A DNA stretch of 5,758 nucleotides from an uncultured Erysipelotrichaceae bacterium (GCA_964457525.1 CAYWGS010000048.1:5305-11062); one strand, 5' to 3'; counted from the stretch's first letter, positions 1 through 5,638 are shown. The notes: generated by a model not told the origin, from the letters alone. Numbers and translations: made by a program.

Positions 1-344
1 CCATCAAACAATCCCGCAACGAGTGGTACACTTCCATAATTAACATAGATATAAGCAAATGCTAACACAATCAATACAGCAGGCAAAATAAAACTAACAC
101 CCGCAATAATTAAACCAATCATTCCTCCTCGATGATAACCCATCAGGATTGCCATTTCGGTTGAGTTGGGTCCAGGAATTAGACTGGTAAATCCATACAT
201 ATCAATAAATCGCTCTTTACTCATCCATTTACGCTTCGTCACAATCTCATCTTCCATCATTGCGACATGCGCTGCTGGACCCCCAAAGGCAAATATACCT
301 AACTTAGCAAATACTTTGAATATTTCTAATTTTACATTTTCCAT
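1..344 (-). CDS. chrA: Chromate ion transporter (CHR family), N-terminal part. The C-terminus runs off the left edge of the window.
   Basis: This ORF is not in the supplied track because no stop lies inside the window. My own translation from the ATG at 344 (minus strand) stays open to position 1: MENVKLEIFKVFAKLGIFAFGGPAAHVAMMEDEIVTKRKWMSKERFIDMYGFTSLIPGPNSTEMAILMGYHRGG..., followed by hydrophobic TM segments. The FGGPxAH ... W ... F ... LIPGPNSTEMA pattern is the CHR-family N-terminal signature. A GGAG RBS lies 6-7 nt upstream (351-354). The start is 11 nt after the padR-like stop. Confidence 0.85.
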   Translation of the reverse strand, partial: MENVKLEIFKVFAKLGIFAFGGPAAHVAMMEDEIVTKRKWMSKERFIDMYGFTSLIPGPNSTEMAILMGYHRGGMIGLIIAGVSFILPAVLIVLAFAYIYVNYGSVPLVAGLFD

Positions 345-355
345 TTATATCTCCT

Positions 356-658
356 TTATGTTTCTCGTGTAAGTTCTTTAACATAATGTTTTAGCTCTAT
401 TAGCGTATCATCACCTAGTGGCGTTGAACGATATAGGATTCGTCTTTTACCCTCATAGACAATTTCTTCACTTATAAGTAATCCATCCTTTTCTAAACTA
501 TGAAGAAGTGGATAGAGTGTTCCATACGAAATATCATATCCATGTCTCTTTAATTCTTCCATCATCCAAGATCCATAAATTGGTTCTTCTTGTGCATGAT
601 GTAAAATATGAATACTCATGAATGCATTAAATAATTTACGTTTAAGTGGTGTATTCAT
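356..658 (-). CDS. PadR-family transcriptional regulator (short, about 100 aa, winged HTH)
   Basis: The translation contains the typical PadR winged-helix core: ILHHAQEEPIYGSWMMEELKRHGYDISYGTLYPLLHSLEKDGLLISE...EGKRRILYRSTPLG. The gene sits directly upstream of chrA with an 11-nt gap, implying co-transcription. Confidence 0.9.
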   Translation of the reverse strand: MNTPLKRKLFNAFMSIHILHHAQEEPIYGSWMMEELKRHGYDISYGTLYPLLHSLEKDGLLISEEIVYEGKRRILYRSTPLGDDTLIELKHYVKELTRET

Positions 659-673
659 AATATCGCCTTTCGT

Positions 674-717
674 TATCGAATGTCGATATTATAAAATAAG
701 GTAGTTTATTTTACCAA
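674..717 (-). promoter_or_regulatory. Putative sigma-A promoter of padR-chrA with an overlapping inverted-repeat operator candidate
   Basis: Read on the minus strand: TTGGTA (717..712), an 18-nt spacer, then TATAAT (693..688). An inverted repeat TATCGA-atg-TCGATA (674..688) overlaps the -10 and the predicted TSS. A third TATCG copy lies at 661-665, so AATATCG (659-665) pairs with CGATATT (684-690). The published PadR ATGT-N8-ACAT operator is not present, so the operator assignment is inference. Confidence 0.45.
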
Positions 718-726
718 TCATATGCA

Positions 727-748
727 CAAAAAAACCGCCGAAGCGGTT
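727..748 (-). terminator. Rho-independent terminator of the ATPase/HMA operon
   Basis: The minus strand reads AACCGC-TTCG-GCGGTT followed by TTTTT(T)G. This is a GC-rich stem with a UUCG tetraloop and a 7-T run (plus-strand A-run 728-734). It starts at the stop codon of the HMA gene. Confidence 0.8.
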
Positions 749-974
749 ACTTTACATTTGACTTTAATACATCATAACCAAGCTTAGTAATAGCTTGATT
801 GATCAAATCTACATTTACTTTAGATTCATCAAACTCTACTTTTACTTTACTTGAGTTAAATAATACACTCACACTATCCTTATTTATTCCATCTAACGAT
901 TTAACTGCACCTTCAATTTTAAGTGCACAAGATGGACAAGTAAGTGTATCAAGTTGTATAACCGCTTTTTGCAT
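747..974 (-). CDS. Stand-alone heavy-metal-associated (HMA) domain protein, CopZ-like metallochaperone
   Basis: The protein is 75 aa with a beta-alpha-beta-beta-alpha-beta HMA layout. Its metal-binding loop is LTCPSCALKIEGAV (CxxC), and it ends ...AITKLGYDV. An AAAGGAG RBS sits immediately after the ATPase stop codon, with a 10-nt gap between the genes. Confidence 0.9.
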   Translation of the reverse strand: MQKAVIQLDTLTCPSCALKIEGAVKSLDGINKDSVSVLFNSSKVKVEFDESKVNVDLINQAITKLGYDVLKSNVK

Positions 975-984
975 ATTTTCTCCT

Positions 985-2835
985 TTATTTAAGTTTATAT
1001 TTCAATAATCTCATACCATTCAATATTACAACTAAGATACTCGCTTCATGAACAAGCATGCCAATCGACATATTCATCCATTCACTAAAGAATACATTAA
1101 AGAGTAAGAATAGTACAACACCTAATGCGATCACAATATTCTGAATCATGTTAGATGTCGTGGCTTTCGTTAAACCTAAGGCATGAACCAAACGACTAAA
1201 ATCAGAATTCATTAAGACGACATTCGATGTTTCAATCGCGACATCCGTTCCACTTCCCATTGCTATACCAATATGGGCTAATGCGATCGATGGACTATCA
1301 TTTACACCATCTCCTACAAAGGCAACAATCTCTCCTTTATTTTTGAGTTGTTCAATGAAATGCGCTTTATCCTCTGGCAACATATTACCATGAGCTTCAG
1401 TAAGACTTAACTCATTCGCAACGAGTTCAACCGTTGTTTGATTATCTCCCGATAGTAGAATTAGATTCTTAACTCCCATTTTTTTCAAGCGATTTAAATC
1501 ATTAACGACATTAGGTCGAATCTGATCTTTTATGCCAAGCATGATTTGAAGTTCATGGTTCATTGAAACAAGTACTAAAGTATTACCTTTCTTCTCAAAT
1601 TCATGAATATCTTCTAACATACCAGAAGTTAAGTTCACATTTTCTTGTTTCATTAAGGATAGATTACCAATCGCTATCCAATCATTATTGACAAGTGCAC
1701 GAATTCCTCCACCCTTTACAACATCTGTCTTATCAACCGGATAACTTTTGCGATGTCCAACATACGTTACAACCGCTTTCGCGAGTGGATGATCTGATTC
1801 TTTTTCGACACTGAGTATTAAACTTAGAACATGTTCCAAATCAGAGGTATATGATTTTACTTCTGATACTTCTGGATTTCCAATGGTAAGTGTCCCTGTT
1901 TTATCAAAGACAATGGTATCCACACGACTGAAATCTTGAATAACTTCACTCCCCTTAAACAATACTCCATGACTTGCGCCATTTCCTATCCCAGCCACAT
2001 GTGACACTGGGACACCTATCACAAGTGCACCGGGACATCCCAATACAAGAATGGTAATTGCTAGTTCAATATTCTTTGTGATTAGCCACACAAGTATAGA
2101 TAGTAACAATACAACCGGTGTGTAATATCGTGAGAATCGATCAATGAATCGTTCCGCATCCGATTTTGAATCTTGCGCTTCTTCAACTAATTCAATAATC
2201 TTACCGAATGTTGTGTCTTCACCCACTCGATCTGCTTTGATTTGTAAGGTTCCATTTTCAAGGATAGTACCTGCATAGACAAATGAGTTTAATGATTTAT
2301 GCACAGGGAATGATTCCCCTGTAATACTTGCTTGGTTAATATAGCCTTCACCACTCATAACATTTCCATCAACAGGTACTTTTGATCCTGTTTTAACTAA
2401 CAACACATCATCCACATCTACCTCTTCAATCCCTACTTCTTCGAATTCACCATGATCCATTAATTTTAGTGCCGTTTCTGGAGCAAGACTGATTAACTCT
2501 TTAATTGCGGATCGTGTTTTATTTAATGTCCGATGTTCGAGATATGCACCGAATAAGAATAGGAATGTAACGATTGCGGACTCTTCATATTCTTGAATAA
2601 GGAAAGCCCCAAGAACTGCAATAGTCACAAGTACATCAATACTGACTACCTTTACTTTTAAGGATTGGTACGCTTGAATCGCAATGGGCAGTACTCCAAG
2701 AATGGATGCGATGATTAGAAGTATTTCGAATATAAATTCATTCTTAAATCCAAAATGACTGATGAATCCAAATGTTATTAATAAGCCACTCAACAAGGTT
2801 ATTAAGTTCTTATTTTTTAGTACTATTTTTTGCAT
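985..2835 (-). CDS. P1B-type heavy-metal-translocating P-type ATPase with no N-terminal metal-binding domain and an atypical CPG motif in the TM helix preceding the phosphorylation domain (P1B-4-like)
   Basis: The protein is 616 aa. Motifs found: TGES actuator (aa 172-175), DKTGT phosphorylation site (aa 311-315, D311) and GDGVNDSP hinge. About 8 predicted TM helices. The TM helix before the P-domain carries C267-P268-G269 (TGT CCC GGT at 2037..2029) where CPC or SPC is usual. The last TM carries HEAS (H596-E597), resembling the HEGxT signature of P1B-4 pumps. There is no ZntA-type Lys in TM7 and no DxG in TM8. The AGGAGG RBS sits close to the ATG. Confidence 0.95.
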   Translation of the reverse strand: MQKIVLKNKNLITLLSGLLITFGFISHFGFKNEFIFEILLIIASILGVLPIAIQAYQSLKVKVVSIDVLVTIAVLGAFLIQEYEESAIVTFLFLFGAYLEHRTLNKTRSAIKELISLAPETALKLMDHGEFEEVGIEEVDVDDVLLVKTGSKVPVDGNVMSGEGYINQASITGESFPVHKSLNSFVYAGTILENGTLQIKADRVGEDTTFGKIIELVEEAQDSKSDAERFIDRFSRYYTPVVLLLSILVWLITKNIELAITILVLGCPGALVIGVPVSHVAGIGNGASHGVLFKGSEVIQDFSRVDTIVFDKTGTLTIGNPEVSEVKSYTSDLEHVLSLILSVEKESDHPLAKAVVTYVGHRKSYPVDKTDVVKGGGIRALVNNDWIAIGNLSLMKQENVNLTSGMLEDIHEFEKKGNTLVLVSMNHELQIMLGIKDQIRPNVVNDLNRLKKMGVKNLILLSGDNQTTVELVANELSLTEAHGNMLPEDKAHFIEQLKNKGEIVAFVGDGVNDSPSIALAHIGIAMGSGTDVAIETSNVVLMNSDFSRLVHALGLTKATTSNMIQNIVIALGVVLFLLFNVFFSEWMNMSIGMLVHEASILVVILNGMRLLKYKLK

Positions 2836-2859
2836 AACTCCTCCTAATTTCTGTTGAAA

Positions 2860-3156
2860 TTAAGCTGTATATGCATCATCTAGCTCTTTCAACATGTTAT
2901 AAACTGCTTCAAACGTTTCACAAACATCGCCTGGAACTTCATAATTATTGGTTGTCTTACGTAATTGATTAAACTCAAAGTTTAAATCGGCTATTTCAGA
3001 TTCCTTTACTTTCTTGGATAGTAAATTAAATAAGCGACGTACTTCATGAAATTCTGGATGATGATCTCCATGAACTCGATCAACAACTGGTACATATTGG
3101 ATCAATGTTGGAAGTACTCTTTTTGCGACTTCTTTAAATTGTGTTTGATTTGACAT
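2860..3156 (-). CDS. Small RIC/YtfE/ScdA-related protein (truncated hemerythrin-like, 'mini-RIC'), 98 aa from the preferred start
   Basis: MSNQTQFKEVAKRVLPTLIQYVPVVDRVHGDHHPEFHEVRRLF...QLRKTTNNYEVPGDVCETFEAVYNMLKELDDAY. This aligns by eye with two blocks of E. coli YtfE (LPELILQATKVERVHADKP and [32 protein letters not shown]) and of S. aureus ScdA (LTPYVTKLSKVHGPNHP and [25 protein letters not shown]). The start at 3156 is preferred over the track start at 3216. It has an AGAAGGG RBS 6 nt upstream, and 3216 would lie upstream of the predicted TSS. Confidence 0.7.
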   Translation of the reverse strand: MSNQTQFKEVAKRVLPTLIQYVPVVDRVHGDHHPEFHEVRRLFNLLSKKVKESEIADLNFEFNQLRKTTNNYEVPGDVCETFEAVYNMLKELDDAYTA

Positions 3157-3190
3157 AATTACCCTTCTTTCCATAGAAGTATCTCTTCTA

Positions 3191-3240
3191 TACTTGTATT
3201 TTAGTCCTATAAACAATAAAAAACCTTGATGTACATCAAG
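3191..3240 (-). promoter_or_regulatory. FNR-dependent class II-type promoter: a perfect FNR box plus a -10 element
   Basis: A perfect 16-bp palindrome CTTGATGTACATCAAG lies at 3225..3240 and contains the consensus FNR site TTGAT-N4-ATCAA (3226..3239, centre 3232.5). A -10 hexamer TAAAAT on the minus strand lies at 3203..3198. That places the box centre 29.5 bp upstream of the first -10 base, i.e. -41.5 relative to a TSS predicted near 3191. This is the only such perfect box in the window. Confidence 0.7.
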
Positions 3241-3245
3241 ATTTT
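3218..3245 (-). terminator. Possible weak, AU-rich intrinsic terminator of the fnr-like gene, formed by the same palindrome as the FNR box
   Basis: The minus-strand RNA would read AAAAU-CUUGAU-GUAC-AUCAAG-GUUUUUUAUUG. That gives a 6-bp core stem with only 2 GC pairs, extendable through a U.G pair and A/U pairs, followed by a 6-U run. It begins 5 nt after the fnr-like stop codon. Confidence 0.4.
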
Positions 3246-3249
3246 ATAA

Positions 3250-3945
3250 TTATATTAACAACAAACCATCCACATCGATTATTTTAATCGATTTATTACT
3301 TAACTGTTTAATCAGTCCTGCATCTTCAAACTCAAGCAATTTACGACTAATCGTTTCAGGTGTTGTGCCTAGATAGGAAGCTAAATCCTTCTTACTCATT
3401 GGAAGTGTGATAACATCCGATTTACTATTATGATCCATCGATTCCACTAGAAACAATGCAATTCGTAGTTCAACTCTTTCAGTAGCACGAGTTGTTTGAG
3501 TTTCGGATTGAGCTAAACGATGGGATAATTCAGATAATATTTTCATTGAGATATTTGGATATTTTAATAATAAATTCTGTAAATCATTTCGTTTTATCAT
3601 GCATATATCCGTATCAACTAAAGCACTCGCAAAGGCATCATGTACGGACTCATTAAATAATGCAAGTTCACCCGTAAAATCACCCGGATTCAAGATTCGA
3701 AGAATTTGTTCTTTACCTGATTCTGATATACGATAGATCTTCACTCTACCCCTTCGAACAATGTATAAAGCATCCGATGCATTTCCGGTTTGATAAATAT
3801 CTTCACCCTTTTTATATGACCTAGAGTGAATTAATGCCATAACTTCATCCATCTGTTCTTCTTCTAAATGATTAAAAATAGGGACTAAAGAGATACAATA
3901 ATCATCATGATCTGTACAATGATGGCAATGTGCTTGTTCTTGCAT
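3250..3945 (-). CDS. Crp/Fnr-family transcriptional regulator, FNR-type, with a predicted Cys-ligated sensory cluster
   Basis: The protein is 231 aa. The N-terminus AHCHHCTDHDDYCISLVPIF has C7-x2-C10-x6-C17. A cNMP-like beta-roll follows (GEDIYQTGNASDALYIVRRGRVKIYRISESGKEQIL...PGDFTGE). C115 lies in DTDICMIKR, at the position corresponding to E. coli FNR C122 (SMVCEIPF). The C-terminal HTH is DLASYLGTTPETISRKL, which carries the FNR-type E--SR recognition motif that reads TTGAT. Confidence 0.9.
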   Translation of the reverse strand: MQEQAHCHHCTDHDDYCISLVPIFNHLEEEQMDEVMALIHSRSYKKGEDIYQTGNASDALYIVRRGRVKIYRISESGKEQILRILNPGDFTGELALFNESVHDAFASALVDTDICMIKRNDLQNLLLKYPNISMKILSELSHRLAQSETQTTRATERVELRIALFLVESMDHNSKSDVITLPMSKKDLASYLGTTPETISRKLLEFEDAGLIKQLSNKSIKIIDVDGLLLI

Positions 3946-3975
3946 TTTGAATCCTTTCTAACTCATTCTTTCTCA

Positions 3976-3984
3976 ATTATACCA
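3976..3984 (-). promoter_or_regulatory. Candidate extended -10 promoter element for the fnr-like gene
   Basis: The minus strand reads TGgTATAAT (3984..3976), about 30 nt upstream of the ATG at 3945. A GAAAGGA RBS lies between them. No convincing -35 is present, which is consistent with an extended -10 promoter. Confidence 0.4.
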
Positions 3985-4017
3985 AAGATTTAAAAAGTGT
4001 ATCGTTATCCACTTTGA

Positions 4018-4659
4018 TTAACAGATTTCCCCGCCTTCTAATTTAATATCTTCCTTCACTTCCATAATGGTTTGTATCGCAACTTCAAGTGCAGAAATTA
4101 TGATTTCCAACGACATCGATGGCATATTTGACTTATTTATGACTTGTTCAGGTAAGAAAGGAATATGAATAAATCCTGTTCTCATTGAAGGATATTCGGT
4201 TTTCGCAAGATGCGCCATTCCATACGCCACATGATTACAAATGAATGTACCTGCTGTATTGGATACCGATGCTGGAATACCATGTGAGTGAAGATTAGAT
4301 ACAATTGCCTTGATCGGTAATGTTAATAAATAAGCATCCGGTCCATCGAATACAATCGGTTCATCAATCGGTTGATTCCCTTCATTATCTTTAATCCGAC
4401 AATCATTAACATTTATCGCTACACGCTCAATGGTCATATCACTTCGACCACCAGCTTGACCAACACATAGCACAACCTCAGGTTTATGCTTATGTATCGC
4501 TTGAGTTAAAACATCAATCGATTTACCAATAACTGTTGGTATCTCTAATTTTATAATCTCAACCTCATTGATGGTATCTGGTAATCGTTTTACCGCTTCT
4601 ATTGAAGGATTAATTTTTTCTCCACCAAAAGGATCGAATCCACTAATAAGAATTTTCAT
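4018..4659 (-). CDS. pcp: Pyroglutamyl-peptidase I (pyrrolidone-carboxylate peptidase)
   Basis: The protein is 213 aa and is near-collinear with Bacillus Pcp: MKILISGFDPFGGEKINPS...VLCVGQAGGRSDMTIERVAIN...DNEGNQP...TAGTFICNHV (catalytic Cys)...GFIHIPFLPEQ (catalytic His). Confidence 0.95.
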   Translation of the reverse strand: MKILISGFDPFGGEKINPSIEAVKRLPDTINEVEIIKLEIPTVIGKSIDVLTQAIHKHKPEVVLCVGQAGGRSDMTIERVAINVNDCRIKDNEGNQPIDEPIVFDGPDAYLLTLPIKAIVSNLHSHGIPASVSNTAGTFICNHVAYGMAHLAKTEYPSMRTGFIHIPFLPEQVINKSNMPSMSLEIIISALEVAIQTIMEVKEDIKLEGGEIC

Positions 4660-4709
4660 AGTAACCTCACATTACTATCATTATAACGATATAAAGAGCG
4701 AATAAGCGA

Positions 4710-5564
4710 TTAATCTTCAAATTTGCGAACAAGAGATGTGAGTCGTTCAACAGTTTCAGGATCTTGATGAGAGAAGAACAAACTCTTTGCTTGATCCAGT
4801 TGAAGAATCTGATTCATTTCATCTTCATTTAACACAAAATCAAACACATCAAAGTTCTGTTTCATTCGTTCTTTATTAACGGTTTTTGGTAAAACAGATA
4901 CACCTCTTTGAATTAAATAACGTAGTGTAACTTGAGCTGAAGTTTTATTGTGTTTCTTTCCTATATTTACCAATGTTTCATCGTTAAAGAGATTATTCTT
5001 ACCTTCCGCAAAGGGTGCCCAAGCTTGTATTTGTACACCATACTTCTTCATAATTTCGTTAGCCTTGATTTGTTGGTTATATGGATGTGTTTCTACTTGA
5101 TTAACCATTGGCACAATCTCATTGAATTTGATTAAATCAATTAAACGATCCGGATAAAAATTAGAAACACCAATCGCCTTTAGTTTACCTTCTTTATACA
5201 GTTCTTCCATTGCACGATAGGTTCCATAAACATCCCCAAAAGGTTGATGAATAAGCAATAAATCAACATAATCCATTTGTAAACGTTCAAGTGATTTTAA
5301 TATTGAACCTTTTGCTTTTTCATAACCCGATTCAGAAATCCAAATTTTAGTTGTGATAAAAAATTCTTCACGAGGAATACCCGATTTTATAATCGCAGAC
5401 CCTAGTCCTCTTTCATTTCCATACCCTTGTGCTGTATCGAATAAACGATAACCCACTTCAATCGCATCTAATACAATTCTTTCAGTATCTTCCTTTGGAA
5501 TCTGAAATACCCCAAATCCCAATATTGGCATCTTAACTCCATTATTTAATGTTGTATATTCCAT
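4710..5564 (-). CDS. Aldo/keto reductase (AKR superfamily, DkgA/YvgN/YtbE-like NADPH-dependent carbonyl reductase)
   Basis: The protein is 284 aa. It shows LNNGVKMPILGFGVFQ and the AKR catalytic tetrad context: FDTAQGYGNE (Asp and Tyr), ITTKIW (Lys) and LLLIHQP (His). An AAAAGGAG RBS lies 7 nt upstream of the ATG. Confidence 0.92.
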   Translation of the reverse strand: MEYTTLNNGVKMPILGFGVFQIPKEDTERIVLDAIEVGYRLFDTAQGYGNERGLGSAIIKSGIPREEFFITTKIWISESGYEKAKGSILKSLERLQMDYVDLLLIHQPFGDVYGTYRAMEELYKEGKLKAIGVSNFYPDRLIDLIKFNEIVPMVNQVETHPYNQQIKANEIMKKYGVQIQAWAPFAEGKNNLFNDETLVNIGKKHNKTSAQVTLRYLIQRGVSVLPKTVNKERMKQNFDVFDFVLNEDEMNQILQLDQAKSLFFSHQDPETVERLTSLVRKFED

Positions 5565-5591
5565 CTTGTACTCCTTTTCATTTATACTATT

Positions 5592-5622
5592 ACTATACTA
5601 GCCTGTAGTAACTACAGGTCAA
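5592..5622 (-). promoter_or_regulatory. MerR-type promoter/operator driving the aldo/keto reductase
   Basis: The minus strand reads TTGACC (5622..5617), a 19-nt spacer, then TATAGT (5597..5592). A perfect inverted repeat CCTGTAGT-a-ACTACAGG (5602..5618) fills the spacer and overlaps the -35. An over-long 19-bp spacer with a dyad inside it is the classical architecture of MerR-family-activated promoters. A MerR gene is divergent from it. Confidence 0.7.
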
Positions 5623-5638
5623 GCAAAAGGAGATTATT

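Noticed and set aside
166-372. 68-aa ORF on the + strand from the supplied track
   Set aside because: It lies entirely antisense to the well-supported chrA and padR-like genes. It has a low-complexity translation, no RBS and no recognisable motif. It is a shadow ORF.
794-809. CTTGATTGATCAAATC, which contains TTGAT and the 8-bp palindrome TTGATCAA, considered as a second FNR site
   Set aside because: The half-site spacing is wrong (not TTGAT-N4-ATCAA). It lies inside the HMA coding region with no promoter context. An 8-bp AT-rich palindrome is expected by chance.
799-1008. 69-aa ORF on the + strand
   Set aside because: It is antisense to the HMA gene and the 3' end of the ATPase. The translation is a Ser/Thr/Leu-rich mirror of AT-rich coding sequence. 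It is a shadow ORF.
3157-3216. N-terminal 20-aa extension (MFIGLKYKYRRDTSMERRVI) of the RIC-like ORF as given in the track
   Set aside because: The ATG at 3216 has no RBS and lies between the FNR box and the predicted -10 hexamer, upstream of the predicted TSS. The ATG at 3156 has an AGAAGGG RBS, and homology to RIC proteins begins after it. The ATG at 3174 (M15) remains a weaker alternative.
3994-4015. Hairpin AAAGTG-N10-CACTTT after the pcp stop, considered as a terminator
   Set aside because: The stem is 6 bp and AT-rich with a 10-nt loop, and the U-tract is interrupted (UUAAAUCUUU). This is too weak to call. pcp may read through or terminate inefficiently here.
4013-4017. TTGAT half-site upstream of the fnr-like gene, considered as an autoregulatory FNR box
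   Set aside because: There is no matching ATCAA at N4 spacing (the sequence is TTGATTAACAGATT). It overlaps the pcp stop codon. A single pentamer is not evidence.
4680-4685. TATAAT (minus strand) between the reductase and pcp, considered as a pcp promoter
   Set aside because: There is no acceptable -35 or TG extension. The hexamer sits only about 20 nt from the pcp ATG, and AT-rich DNA yields such hexamers by chance. Co-transcription of pcp with the reductase is equally plausible.
4950-5135. 61-aa ORF on the + strand
   Set aside because: It is antisense within the aldo/keto reductase gene, with no RBS or motif. It is a shadow ORF.
5583-5600. Short direct repeats TATACTAT / TACTATACTA in the merR-reductase intergenic region
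   Set aside because: This is low-complexity AT-rich repetition that overlaps the -10 region. There is no independent support for a second operator or a repeat element.
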